Source: Lama guanicoe
Taxonomy: Eukaryota
DNA length: 64,000 bases
NCBI GenBank assembly: GCA_013239625.1
Contig: MU054032.1
Span: 620,001-684,000, forward strand
Direction: 5' to 3'
Positions within the stretch are counted from its first letter, which is position 1, and the number at the start of each line of letters is the position of its first letter. A model generated the notes under the pieces. The model saw only the letters and a program-made list of their open reading frames with translations, ran no database searches and was not told the DNA's origin. Of this stretch, positions 22,824 to 36,361 are shown piece after piece. Made by a program: the position numbers and the translations under genes.

Positions 22824-23121
22824 AGAGACCCACAGAACTCCTGAGCCCCTTCCACTATGTGAGGAGAGAAATCTGAGACCTGGAATAGAGCCCTCACTTG
22901 ACCATGCTGGCACCCTGATCTCAGACTTCTAGCCTCTAGAAGTGTGAGTAATAAATTTTTTCCTTTTTTTCTAGGTATAGTTGATTTACAACACTATATA
23001 AGCTTCAAGTGTACAACATAGTGACTCACAGTTTTTGAAGGTTGTATTCCATTTATAGTTATTATAAACTGTTGGCTATATTTCCTGTGCTGTATAATCA
23101 ATCTTTGTAGTTTATTTATTT

Positions 23122-23250
23122 TATTTTTTTTTTTGAGAGGAGAAATTCGGTTTATTTATTTATTTTTTTTAGAGGGGATACTGGGGACTGAACCCAGGAC
23201 CTTGTGCATGCTAAGCAGGCGCTCCTTCACTTGAGCTATACCCTCCCCCC
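23122..23250 (-). mobile_element. vic-1-like SINE inserted in the L1 fragment (~22960-23313) within the LTR
   Basis: Reverse complement GGGGGAGGGTATAGCTCAAGTGAAGGAGCGCCTGCTTAGCATGCACAAGGTCCTGGGTTCAGTCCCCAG. Confidence 0.88.
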
Positions 23251-23739
23251 TTATTTTATACATAGTAGTTTGTACCTCTTAATCCCTTACCCCTATATAG
23301 TCCTTCCCCATTGGGAGTAATGCATTTTTGTTATTTATAAGTTTTTGTTATAGCAGCCTGAATAGACTAAGACAGCCCTCAAAGTTTTGGTCTTGAATTA
23401 CTCTTCCTACTTTATATTCTGTGATTCCCCTACGTGCTTTTTATAGCCAAACTCACCTAATCAATATTAATTTCCTATATGTAGCTTATGATTTTCTACC
23501 TCAGTGTTTAAATGTATACTAGTCTCATCTTCCTTGTTGAAATATTACCTGTTTGGGGAGAGGAAAGTTTTCCTGGGCATAATGTTAAAGGCAGAAAACA
23601 TATATGACAAAGGACTTATATTTCATTATATAAAGAGATCTTGCAAGTCAACAAGAAAAGACAACCTCTCCAACAGAAAAATAGGCAGTTTCCATAAATA
23701 GACAATTCCAGTTGATATGGTTGCGTTTAATGCTCAACC

Positions 23740-25100
23740 ATCATGCTATTTTTTTTCTACTTGTCCTATCTGTTTTGCTCCTTTTTTCCTGCTGACCTTG
23801 GATTGAGTATTTTTAGTATTTTATTTTAATGATAATCTTCTATTATTAATTATATATTTTTTCAGTAGTTGCTCCAGGGTTTACCATATACATCTTTAAT
23901 TTATCACAGTCTACCTTCAAATAATATTATATGGCTTCATGTGTAATGTCGAAACTTCACAAAGGTATACTTCCATTTTCCTTTCTCCCTTCCTTTTTAC
24001 TATTGTTGTCATATATTTCACTTCTACATAAAGTATATTCATTATATATAATGACTACTTTTGTCTTACAGAGTTGATGATTTTTTTAAATAATTAAAAA
24101 AAAATTGAAGTACAAAGTGTCAGTTTCTGGTATACAGCACAATATCCCAGTCATGCATATACATACATATATTTGTTTCCATATTTTAAAGAATTTTTAA
24201 AATGTCTTTTATCTTTACCCACATGTTTGCTATTTCCATGCCCTTAATTCTGTTGTGTAGATTTCAGTTTCCACTTGGTATCACTTTTCTTCAATCTGAA
24301 GAAACTCCTTTAATATTTCTTGTAATGCAAATGACATATTTTTTTCAACATTTGTTTCTCTTAAAATATCTTTCTTTCTTTTTTTGGGAGGGGGGAGAAT
24401 TAGATTCATTCATTCATTCATTCATTCATTTCAACAGAGGTTCTCGGAATTGAGCCCAGGACCTTGCGCATGCTAAGCATGCACTCTTACCACTCAGCTA
24501 TACTCTCCTCCTCTAAAATATCTTTTTTTTCGGTCTTCATTTTTGATGGTTATTTTCACTGGGTATAGAATTCTAGATTGACACTTTTTTCATTTGGCAC
24601 TTTAAAGGTGTCATTCCATTGTTTTCTGTCTTACATTGTTTCTGATGAGAAGTTAATAGTTACTTTTATCTTTGCTTCCATATATGTAATGATCTTTTTC
24701 TCTGGCTTCTTTTCAAATGTCCTTTTTATTATTGGTTTTCAGCAATTTGATTAATGCTGTGTCTTGCTGTAGTTTTCTTTGTGTTTATCCTGCTCATGGT
24801 TCACCAAACTTTTTGGATACAGGTGTGTTGATATTTTTTTCATAAATCTGGTACATTTTTTGCCATAATTTCTTCAAATATTCTTTCCTGTTCCTCCTGT
24901 TTTCCAGTACTCCAAATTACATGTATGGTAGAGTAGTTGATAATGTCTAATAGTTTTCTAAGGCTCTGTTCATTTTTCCTCCTAGCTTTCTTTTCTTTTT
25001 ATGCTTCAGTTTAGATAGTTTTTATTTCTATGCCTTCAAGTCTTTCAATTGCATTGTCTAATTTCCTGTTAAGATTATACAATGGTATTTTTTATTTCTT
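23740..25100 (-). mobile_element. Old L1M fragment(s)
   Basis: Antisense L1 ORF1/ORF2-like text (ggtatagaattctagattgac...ttgtttctgatgagaagt...ccataatttcttcaaatatt). Confidence 0.65.
24376..24512 (-). mobile_element. vic-1-like SINE with (GAAT)n tail
   Basis: tRNA-Ala-like head on the minus strand; TSD TAAAATATCTTT on both sides. Confidence 0.85.
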
Positions 25101-26829
25101 TCTTACAGTCTCTTAAAAAGAAATCTTGAAAAGATTTAAGAAGGACACTTAATTACATGAAAAGACTAAGCGGAAATACTGAAAAATGTTAGCTGTAACC
25201 ACCACTGGGTTTCCAGGTAGTAGGATTATAGATGATTTTTCTTTTATATAATTTTTATGTTCTACAATTATTATCATAAATTATGCACTATTTTTAATAA
25301 ACTAAAAAATGAAGTTTATTAAATTTTTTTCAGCTGCTGAGTGTGCTAAGTCAGCTGAGAAGCTACTCATTTGTGAACTGTTCTCAGAATCTCCCAACTA
25401 AGAATAGTTCTTTTCTTCTTCAAATTCTATAGCCTCTTATATGTCTCTTATGGTACTTACCACGTAGATCCATGTATTAAAGTTATTTATGAATCATGCT
25501 TACCTCTCCTGCTGAACATATGTGAGACTAGCTTACTGGGCACTACCAAAAATCAGAGATTTTGCTTATTTCAGCACCACTTGATTAAAAATCTGTATGA
25601 CTTAGGTTAGCACACTCAGCAGAGGCTAGTCTGACCCAGGCACCAAAACTGCTCTAGAGGAAGGGATGGGTCCTCTTGAGTATAGGTATTTCTAAGGTTA
25701 ATGATATTTGAGTGGATTATTTAACCCAGGATTTAGAAATGAAGGAGATTATTGGGAAGAACAACACTGTGTAAACTACTTCTATATTCATCAAAAATCT
25801 AACGTAGACACGCATAGAATTAATTATAAGTGTGGTTTTGTTTAACATGAATCCCTCTGCCTAGAGTTCCTCCTCTGGGTGGCAAGCTTGTTTTAACTGG
25901 ATTGTAAAAACGGCATCTTATCTAGCAACAACATCCCAGACAATAATGTGCAGGCTGTAACAATTCTAAAACTCTCAAATACAAAGCAAATTCAGTGAAT
26001 TATAGTTCCTTATGCACAATGTAAGGTTAATTTTTCTGCTCTACTTGTTTTTGCCCTTGCTCTAAACATTTTTACACTTTGCATACTTATTCCTACTAGG
26101 TTGGGAGCTCCTCATGGCAGTGGAAATAAGGCTAGTCTTATTCATATCTGAATTCCTGGTTTTTAGTACCTAGCATATAATGAAACATAATACAAATGTC
26201 TGTTGGTTGAATCTAGTCCCTAGGGTTCAGTGTCAGGAAACCTGAGTTCAAATCTCAGTTCCACTTGCCATGGGCAAAACTCTTAGCCTTCTTGAATGTT
26301 GCTTTCCTCAACTATAAAAATAAGAATGATGATAAAACCTAGTCCACAGCATTATTATCAAGATTAAATGAGATAATAAATATGAAATCACTTTTAAACT
26401 GTAAGTCCTATGATTAAGTTATTATTAATGAAGTTTTGAAGTAGAGAACTGATGATCACATCATGGAATAACCAGGAGAGGCCACATATATTTCTCAAGA
26501 GACTTCAACAATATAGTATTTAGTTTCGTGTGTGTTTACTATGGCCAGAATCTTGCAAATATCCCTACAGAGACAGACATCTGGTTTTGTCAGCACAAAC
26601 AGTAGATCTTCAGGTCAGTTTCATATTAGTCAAGCTCATAAGACTGATATATAAACCAGAATATATAAACTACAATGTCAAGTTATCAATTTACACATAC
26701 TACACCTGCCATGGGAAACAGAATATTTGGGTCAGCACAACCAGCACTCCAACTTCCCACAAACATTGCTCCTAATTTGGTTCACCAAACTATATTCATA
26801 AGGTCACTTGGTGGACACACATGTTTCCC

Positions 26830-27310
26830 ACGACTGTTGTAACAGATTACACAAACATGGTGGCTTAAAACAGCAAAACCTTTTTCTTTCACAGTTCTGG
26901 ATCCCAGAAGTCCAAAATTAGTATCATTGGATCAAAATAAAGGTGACAGCAAAACAACAGTGCCCTCAGAGACTCTAGGGGAGACTCCATTCCTGGCCTT
27001 TTCCAGCTTCTGGTGTTTGCCAGCATTCCTTGGCTTGTGACAGTTTCACTCCAATCTCTGCCTCCATCTTCACGCTGTCTTCTCCTCTTTGTATGTAAAA
27101 TCTCCCTCTCTCTGCTTTATATGCATGTGATTGCATTTAGTACCCACTCAGATAATCCAAAATAATCTCCTCATCCCAAAATCCTTAATTTAACCACATC
27201 TGCAAAGACCTCCCTCACATTTTTTTTTTTTTTGCCATATAAGGTAGTATGTGTAAGTTCCAGGGATTCAGAGGTGGATATCTTATTTTGGAGGCACATT
27301 TTTCAGCCTC
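26830..27310 (-). mobile_element. MLT1-type MaLR LTR
   Basis: gtggcttaaaacagcaaaacc...cacagttctgg...cagaagtccaaa...ccttaatttaaccacatctgcaaagacc. Confidence 0.75.
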
Positions 27311-27554
27311 TACAGGATGGAAATTGGGACATGAAAAGTCAATTATACTAGAAAGACTGAAGTTACCAGATTACATTGTGTGATGCATTTACTTTCACAG
27401 TAGGGATGGTCGTGTCAAATATGCTGAATACTCAAGTCCATTGCTGAGATTAATTTTCTCAATACAGTGCTTGGATGGCCGTTGCCAGTGAGTGTTTGCT
27501 TCTGTGACTCTGCCTTTTGATGTCTCCATGACTAACAAAACTCCTTTTGATTTG

Positions 27555-27692
27555 CCTAGTTTTTCTTTTCTTCCTTCTTTCCTTCCTTCCTCCTTTTCTC
27601 CCTCCCTTCTTTCCTCTCTCTTTCTTTGCTTGCCTTTCTTTCTGTCTGTCTTTCTTTCTTTCATCTTTCTTCCTGTCTTTCTGTCTTTCATC
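27555..27692. repeat. Polypyrimidine (TTCC/TTTC/TCTG)n low-complexity tract
   Basis: Visible directly in the sequence. Confidence 0.9.
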
Positions 27693-27939
27693 TTGCTGGG
27701 AACTATTCTATTTCTTTAATTGGAGGCTTTGCCTAGCTCTGTTATTATCCATTATATGTTGGTGTTTATAGCTTAATTCTTTTTTTAAAAAATTGAATTA
27801 TAATTGACCTACAACACTATGTTAGTTCCAGGTGCACAACATAGCTATTCCATGGTACTATATACATTATAAAATAATCACCACTGTAGCTTAATTCTTA
27901 ACAAACAATTTTTTTTTTACTACTAATAATAACATGAGT

Positions 27940-30570
27940 CTAGGGGCTTCTTCTTCCGGAATAGTGAAGTAAACTTCTAACAGTCCTACATTTCTGCAGA
28001 TAACAATTATAAACTCAGGACGCAATACAAAAACGACCACCTGAAAGCTCTGGAGGAGGAACCAAAGCAGGTATATTTTAGAAGAGAGTCAAAACTTGGA
28101 AAAAGGGATTAGTCAAGAGCGATTTTCTCAGTTTTGCAATGTTAGCCTGAGGGCAGACCACAGTCATAGTGTGGCATGTGACAGCTAAAACTTTGATAGA
28201 AAACCCACCTTTATCTGGCCTGAAGAACCAGAGTTCAGAGCCCAGGGGAACCGTAGCCATGGGACAGTGAGGATGTAATCCCAGGAAGGAGAAAAATCAG
28301 AAAGTGGGGCCCCCATATCTGTTTATAAACATTACCCACGTGTCTGGACGATCTCTGCTTGTGGCGGACTCAAAGCAGCTTGCAGTTAAGGCTAAAATAA
28401 TCTGAGATCTGACCTACCAACCACCACAGGTGAGACAGAATTTGTAGCTTGATTTCTAATCCAGTTAATGGTCTGCTCAGAAACAATAACACTCTGTAGA
28501 GGAACATAACAGAAAACAGTCCCCACACCATGTCACAATGTCTTGGATACAATCCAAAAATCTACAATATGCACACAGAAAATCAGGAAAATGTGACTAA
28601 TTCTCAAAGGAAAAGATAATCAACAGAGCTCAACCCTAAAATGACCTTGCTGGTTATTGATTTATTGCCTCTCAGCTCCAAATTCACCTTTTTGCCTGCT
28701 CCATAAAAATGGGTGGGGGCCCTTTGGAAAATCTTTGCCAGTGGGCACTGAAGTTTTGTCAGTAGAAGGTGCTGGAGAAACATCACTAGAGAAATGTCTT
28801 TCGCTTCCTAATTCTGATGTGCTCACTCAGCAAGCTCCTGCAATGTGTGGCTTCTCCAGTGCGTGGGGACTGGCAGCACCTAGAAGCCAACAACTTTCCA
28901 TGGTAACCCCTCACCCTCAGGAGGTTTTATAGTGAAAGGCGGGGTGTCTTCCCATGAACAGTTTTCCTTGACACCTTATAGGGCACATTTCCAGAAGGTC
29001 CTGTTGGTGTGACACCACGGCTTCTTGCCTGCCATTTAGCATATTAAACTTTCCCTTTCTCTTTTTTTGCACACTTATTCTTTGCTTTTGTGTGTGTGTG
29101 TAAACTTTTCTTGTTTAAATTACCGCGTAGTTTCTCTTTCCTGGTTGGACGCAGACTCATACAATAACCCAAATATCAGAATTATCAGGCATGGACTTTA
29201 AAGCCTGAATTTGTTAACAATTCTGAATGAAGTAAAGAAAACTGTGCTCACCATAAGTGGGAAAATAGAACATCTCAGCAGAAGAACAGAAACTATAAAA
29301 AAAGAAGCAAATGAAAACTCTAGAACTGAAAAATACAGTATTTGAAATTTAAAAATCACTAAATGGGCTTAATAGACATTTGGAGATAGGAAAAAGTCAG
29401 TAAACTTAAAGATAGATAATAGAAAGGATCCAGTCTGAAGAATATAGAGGAAAAAAGATTGAAAACTGTGAACAGAAATTCAGAAATCTAATATACATGT
29501 ATGTAATTGGAGTCACAGAAAGAGAGGAAAGGGAATGGAGCAAACAACTCTTTAACAAACTAATGTTTGAAGACTTCCCAAACTTGGTGAAAGACACAAA
29601 TTTTCAGATCAAAGAAACTCAGCAACTGTTGGTGGGAATGTAAATTAGTGAAGTCACCATGGAAAACGTTATGGAGGTTTCTCAAAAAACTAAAAATAGA
29701 ACTAACATATGATCCAGCAATTCTACTCCTGGATATATATCTGAAGAAAATAAAAACATTAATTTGAAAAGATATATGCACCCCAATGTTCATAGCAGCA
29801 CTATTCACAATAGCCAAGGTGTGGAAGTAACCTAAGTGTCCCTCAACAGAAGAACAGATAAAAAAGATGTGGTGTACTTATACAATGAAATACTCCTCAG
29901 CCATCAAAAAGAATGAAAATTTTGCCATTTGCAACAACATGGATGGACTTGAAGGATATTATTTCTAGTGAAATAAGTGAGACAGAGAAAGACAAATACT
30001 CTTTACCACTTAATATGTGGAATTAAAAATAAAACCAACTATTGAATATAGAAAAAAAAAGAAGCAGACTTACCAATACAGAAAACAAATTAGTGATTAT
30101 AAGTGGGGAAAGGTAAAGGTGGAGGGGCAAAATAGGGGTAGGGGATTAAGAGATACAAAATACTTTATATAAAATAAAAAAGTTACAGGGTATATTGTAC
30201 ACACAGGGAATATAGCTAATATTTTAAAATATCTGTAAATGGAGTATAACCTTTAAAATTTGTGAATCATGTTGTACACCTGAAACTTATATAATATTGT
30301 AAATCAACTACACTTCATTAAAAATAAAATAAAATACAGTAAAAAAAAAAGAGGCTTAGCAAACCACATTTAAGTACATCATACTCAAACTGTTGAAAAC
30401 CAAAAATTAGAACCAATCTTGAAAGCAGTTTGAGAAAAACAACACAGGGGAAAAAAATAATTTGAGTCATCATGGATTTCTCACCAGAAACTGTGGAGAT
30501 CAGAAGAAAGTTTAAAGCACTCAAAGGGAAAAAGAAAACCTGTCAATATCGAATTCTATACTTAGTTTTA
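27940..30570 (+). mobile_element. Old L1M 5'UTR/ORF1 remnant with an inserted LTR-like block (~28645-29160) and a younger L1 3' end (29626-30347)
   Basis: ORF1-like A-rich text (ctagaactgaaaaatacagtatttgaaatttaaaaatcact...). The inner L1 3' end (gatccagcaattctactcctgg...) is flanked by aaagaaactcagcaa (29611-29625) / aaagaggcttagcaa (30348-30362). Confidence 0.7.
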
Positions 30571-30822
30571 TGGAGGATAAGCATGGCTGCTGGAAGCCAC
30601 CCCCTGACCCTGTGGAAGGAGGGCAGAGAAGGGGTCATCATTGTGAGATGGACAAATACTCTGAAGGTGTAACCACCACAGTTATGTACCTACACCTTTA
30701 CACTCTTCATATATATTTTCATAATCTACTTGGGAAATATTTGCAGAAAAGTTGAAGCACTGATAAATTCAATAAGTAAGGTAATGAGTGACAGATGAAT
30801 ACAAATTTGTCAACACTCATCC

Positions 30823-30911
30823 TTTTTTTTTTTAAATGGAGGTACTTGGGATTGAACCCAGGACCTCGTGCATGCTAAGTATGCACTCTACCACTGAGCT
30901 ATCCCCTCCCC
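30823..30911 (-). mobile_element. Short vic-1-like SINE
   Basis: Reverse complement GGGGAGGGGATAGCTCAGTGGTAGAGTGCATACTTAGCATGCACGAGGTCCTGGGTTCAATCCC plus poly-A. Confidence 0.88.
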
Positions 30912-31364
30912 TACAATGCTCATTCTTACATTTGTCTAGTCATAAAAACAGCTCTTTTCATTTGCCCTCTATATATGACCGTAATCTAAGCCAGGTTTGG
31001 TTTCACATGCTCCTTCAGCTCCACAACCGGATTGCCCTTTTCTCTTGCTTCTCTTTTACTCTCTTTTTGCCTCTGGCCACCACCACCGGCCTCATAATAG
31101 AGGGATAACACTTTGTCAATCAGTTCTTTCTGATCTTATTGATCACCATGGCTACTCTGGTCAGTGGCCAGCCTTGCTTTGTGGCCAGTGATCAACTGGA
31201 TATTTTTCCAGCCTTTGGTTTTCAAAGACCCTCAAATCTTTCCCCCCAGTGTGCTTCTATTCTATCAACATCTAGCTTCCTTTTTGGAAGTAGGTAAACA
31301 GTTATATATCAGCTCAATTGTTTATAATAAGGAAGCGTCACTCCTGTAATAACACATGCATGTG

Positions 31365-31400
31365 CACACACAGGCACACAGACACACACACACACACACA
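31365..31400. repeat. (CA)n microsatellite
   Basis: Visible directly in the sequence. Confidence 0.9.
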
Positions 31401-34400
31401 AGGGGCTTATAAAAATAGACAACAGGCAAGCACACATAGTTATGAATAGCTTCTGGATAAAAAATCTGAGAACACAGTCTTCCTTAGGATTCATGGTCTT
31501 TTTTTGTTTTAAATTGAAGTATAGTCAGTTATAATGTGTCAATTTCTGGTGTACAGCATAATGTTTCAGTCATACATATATTTGTTTTCATATTCTTAAT
31601 GGTCTTCTTTCTCAGCTGTCTTTTCTTATTTCCCCTTTCAAAATCTTCTTTCACAGCTGAAGGGGAGCGCTCATTATGCCGATGTGGCACGGGGCTCCAA
31701 CTCAAACTGGAATTTTGCCCCTCTGTCACGTTAAAATCCTGTTGCTCTTTCTTCCTCACTCTGTGCACAATATGCTTGTACAGTATCAACACTTCCTCCA
31801 TCGTCAAATGAATAAATTCACCAAGAAACAAAAATAAAACTAAACTGGTGAACATCGGCTATCTTTCTTAATAGGGGCAAAACAGAGGATGCCGAGGAGA
31901 ACCCTCTCCCTGCCTGCCTCCCCCACCCTCATCAGGGCAGCCTTCTCACCCCAACCACCCTCTCCTCCACTGCTGGCCTGACAGAAAGCAGAGAAACTTG
32001 GGTCTTTTCCAAGGTCTCCTTCCCCCATCCAGTTCAAAAGGGGAAGGCAGTGCTGAGCCCCTTCCCTTGCCAACCCCCTATCAAAAACTTTTGCCAACAG
32101 TAAAGGCAGCCAAATGTGGATTTTCCAGGCCCATGACTGTCCCCAAACCCTAGGACAGATCTGTTCCCTGGGGTCACAGGATGAGGACAGGAGGCCACAG
32201 TGCTCCCCTACATCCTACTTTGCTTGGGAAAAGCAATAAAGATTCGTTTGGGTTTTGTTAAGAAAAAGGTTGCTGTTCCCAGAAGGAGCAAAAATTCTTT
32301 GTTTCTGGAGCAAAAATCTTCTGTGTTACCATCATTTCCCTGTCATCTTAAACTCCTTATTCCTCTGCTCCCCTCTTTATTCCAGAGGCTAGATCTTGTG
32401 CATCCCTTGGGCACTGGCACTGGGTGATGGGACCTCAAGCATCTCCCGGGGAGTCCTGTGGGATAACACCTTTTCTGTGAATTGGAGAAGGGGAGCTAAT
32501 CTTGGTCTCCCCAATGCTTGACAGGAAACGAAGAATTAAAGAATTTGGGTCTGACGTACTCTCACCTGAGCCAGTTCAGGCTAGTCCCAAGCGAGTGGAT
32601 GCGTGTTAGGGAGCAGTGGGTGGGAGGGAATACCGGAAAGTGTTTATAATGGGGGTTGAGGAAGTTTGGGGCAACCTGGGAACAGAATATGCTGGCCCGG
32701 GCCTGAGCCATCCCCAAACCCCACCCACTTCCCTGGTTACTAACCAGTTCCAGCTGTGCGCAATCCTGGCCCTCCTTTCCCATCTGGCTTCTAGGAACTC
32801 ATGACTAATTACAGGAGTGTGTGTGTGGAGGTGGGGGGGTGTCCTGTTAAAAACAGAGGTTTCCAGGGTAACGGCTTGGCGAGAACTCAGTCTCATCCAG
32901 CCAGCAAAATCTCCCTCTCTCCTGACTCCCCCAGGGCTCTGAGGGGAAAACAGGCCAGAGGCCAACACTATGTTTCTCTCGTATTTCTCTCCATCAAGAG
33001 CACTGTCTAGGCCAGTGTCTAACTTGGTTATGCGTTATGTTTTTCTCACCTCCAGCTTCCAGTTTCAGGCCCCAGACTTGCCCTTTACTTACTAGGATGT
33101 CCAGCCCTCCAGGCCACCCTATTCGGTATGGATGGCTGTCCAGGGGGCTGGGGGCTGGTTTAGAGATTGGCTCCTCCTGGGCTGAGAGACCTCTACAAAC
33201 CTTTGCCCTCCATCCAAAGCCCTGTAGCCCCTGATCATTAGAAAGTACTCTCAAGAGTCTCACCTACTCCCTGCCGCTACAGTTTAAAATATTTCAATTA
33301 AACATATTTCTGTACAAACTCTTCTGCCACAAACTATGAGCAGAAAAGGAAACCAGTTTGCAGGGCAGGAGCAAGCCAGCCAAAGAACCCAGAAGTTCTT
33401 GCTGTCAGACTCAAGTTCCCTTTTCGGGGCAGGCAGACCACAGGTCCAACCCTTTGCACACATTCCCACATCTCCCCCAGTGAGAGGTGACGAATTCAGT
33501 GGGGAAAAGAGCTGGCTCAGCCCGTTCAGGGAGAGGGGGCCGGCGGAAGGGCTGGTCATGACGCCGTTTGGGGAACAGTTAGTCATGCCATCTTTGTGCA
33601 CATGCCCAGCCTGCAGCTCCTGGCTCTAGGGAGTTTTGTTTGGGTGCCTGCAGAAACTCTTGGGAGGCCGAGGAGATCATAGCTTGGGTCTGAGGCCCTG
33701 CTGCTTCCTAGCTGCGTGACCTGAAGTAACCTATTCGAGACTCAGTTTCCTCTTCTGTGAAAGGTGATAGTAGCAGCCCACAGGTTGTTGTCCAGATTTA
33801 AATGAGATAAACTTTTTGGCAGCATTTACTGTTTCACTCTGCTCTCTCCTTTGCATCTAGAATGTGGTTCCATCTCCTGGGTCTTCTGAGGCCAGAGTGA
33901 CAGTGAGTGCCCATCGTTCACCTCTTATAATAAACACCATCTCTTTCACTAACACACTAACAAACCTAGGCTTCCTCTCCACTTCTTTTGTTTGTTTGTT
34001 TTATGAGGTGTCTAAGGGGAGGGAGTAATGTGCTATCACATTCATCTTACTCCACCGCTTTCCCCTGTGTCCTCCTCTCCCCACACCCCCATCAGCTCCC
34101 GGCCCTTCCCCACTGTCCTCACTACTTCCTATCATTTTCTCTTTTATCCCACTCAGTCTCCAGGGACTGAGCTGGGCTGGCAGAGCTGGAGCTGAACTTA
34201 GAGCCACAGATAGTTTCAAGTAAATGCATGAAAATGTTACTAGTGGTTCTCTTCTGGGTAGAATTTACTGGTGGTTTTCATTTTCTTCCTTGCTTATTTT
34301 GGTATTTTCCAAATTTACTACAATGAGCAATGGATAACTTTTGTTCAAAAAAAGGTAGTGAAGACTTCAATCGGAAAAAATATATATATAATTTCCAATT

Positions 34401-36059
34401 GGCCCATGTTCTGTTCTCAAAAGAAGAGGGATTGAAGGGTGAGGGGTGGAAAGAGGCTGAATGGAGATGGTTTCCAAGCTCCCTCTTTTCCTGGGGAATC
34501 AGCCTTGGTCATGGCCTTAGTCATGGCTTCTGTCACTCATCAGTCAGAGGCTCTGTCCTTCCTTGCCTGTCACTGGCCGTTTGGGACTTAGTCATTTGAT
34601 TGTTATCCAGTTGACCGCTGAGTGGGTCAAGAGGACCAGCATCATTGAGGGCAGCTATATTTGTCAGAGGTATCCCCCACCTCGATCCTGGGGTGAGAAG
34701 GGTTCCCTGGTGGCCTGTCAGACTTTAAGCCTGGGGAGGTGGGGAAGGGCTCAGAACTGGGGTCCTACTGAGAACATGAGTTCAGTAACCCTTTCCCCTA
34801 CTCCTATCCCTACTTCCCTGAGTTCAAACAGCATGTAAATGTTGTGTGATGCACAAATGATGGTGGAAACTTCCGTGGCTCCCAACCACTCAGAGAACAA
34901 AGCTCTAAGAGTCGCTGTAGCACACCGAAGGGGAATGGGTAAAGGAGTTGGCAGAAGGATTTGAATCAGTTAGGAGCTCCATGTCCTCAGTCACCGTTTC
35001 CCTATCTGGGTCTCCATTTTCTCTCATAAAAAATGGCCAGAGTAATTCCTCCCTCTTAGGAGGATAGTGAGAGTTAAATGGGATGATATATAAAGCACCT
35101 AACACAAAGTAGGGTTTTTTTTTAATGTAAATTTTTCTCTTCTTTCTTAAATAGTATTCAAGACCCTCTCTAAACTCTGGCTCCCAGCCACTCTCCCACT
35201 CTGGTCAATCATTTAACAAAGATTTATTAAGCACCACCCGAAGCCTTGGGCTAGCCTGGGGTGGGCACTGGGGACTCTGGTGCATGAAGCAGACCCTCAG
35301 AACCTAGTCACTGAGCACAGCTGGCATTTCTCAGCTCTGTACTTTTACTCAAGACCTGCCCTGTCCCTGTGCCTTAAGACTCTTTTACTCCATCTAACTC
35401 ATAGCCAGCCTTCACAGTCCAGCTAAAAGCCTGCCTTCTCGGTGAACCCCCCCATAGCCCCATGACCCCTAGGATGGGGCACCTCCTGCCTGGCATCCTG
35501 TATTCACGTATTTGGGTTGGACTCACCCTATATCTGTAAGCTCCCTGCAGGTAGGCTCCAGCCATTTACTTCTTTGTGTCTCTGTTAACCCCTAGTCTCA
35601 CCCATGCATTCCAGACTCATTAAATGCTTGATATGATGACTTTTTATTAAAGCAGACACAAGTAGGCTTCCAGAGCGTTTCAATTCCCAACTCGGTCTTG
35701 GATGCGAAAAAACAGAGATCTCATCCTTCATTCCTTCACCTGAAACCCAAGCATCTAAGCAACCTGCTTCCTACCTCTTAGTTTTTTTTTTTTTTTTCCC
35801 TATCCTAGAGCTAACAGGGAGACCTGAAGGTTGTAGATGAGGGGGTTGCTGCCCCGGGATCCCTGGGGCACAAGAATGTCCAGCTTTAGGGGATGGCCAT
35901 AGCCCCTATCCTGAGTCTCTGCAGATATTCTGCTTCCAATCCTGCCAGGATACCCACCCACAGGACAATATGAAATATCTTCCTATCTCCACCAGAGGAC
36001 CCTGGGGGAGTGGGTTGGAGGCTTATCTTGACTTCTGCTCTCTGGCAGGACAGGGGTTA

Positions 36060-36145
36060 ATGGTGAATTGCAACACATCTCTGGGCTGAGTCACCACCTA
36101 CTGCCACTCCCCCCAATTTCCCTCCCCTGGAGTTTCATAAAGTGG
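36060..36145 (+). promoter_or_regulatory. MMP19: MMP19 proximal promoter: AP-1 site and TATA-like box
   Basis: Perfect TGAGTCA at 36087-36093 and CATAAA at 36136-36141, the AP-1/TATA layout typical of MMP promoters. Confidence 0.7.
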
Positions 36146-36271
36146 ACCAGAGACTGGAGAGTGAAAAGAACTGGAGATAAGAGCCCCTCACCTAGTCCTG
36201 CTTCCCCAGGCTCTCAGAAGGCTCAGGGCAGAGGGCACAGACAGCCTCTGGAACTCTTGCCTGGTGGGACC

Positions 36272-36361
36272 ATGAACTGGCAGGGGCTATGGCTGGGCTT
36301 TCTATTCCCCATGACAGTCTCAGGCCGGGCCCTGGAGCCTGGAGAGCAGGAGGAAGCAGTG
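36272..36361 (+). CDS. MMP19: MMP19 exon 1
   Basis: accATGA start; donor GTGAGT at 36362. Confidence 0.93.

Larger units (their letters stand above)
22506..23374 (+). mobile_element. MaLR (MST/MLT1-type) solo LTR carrying nested SINE and L1 insertions
   Basis: Starts tg...tgaatgtttatgtccccccagattcatacgttgaaatcctaacc; ends ttgttatagcagcctgaatagactaagaca. Confidence 0.8.

Noticed and set aside
27395..27771. Lys/Arg/Glu-rich and Phe/Leu/Ser-rich ORFs
   Set aside because: Artefacts of the polypyrimidine microsatellite.
29560..29817. 85-aa ORF ([14 protein letters not shown]...)
   Set aside because: Typical antisense reading of an L1 3' end; not a gene.
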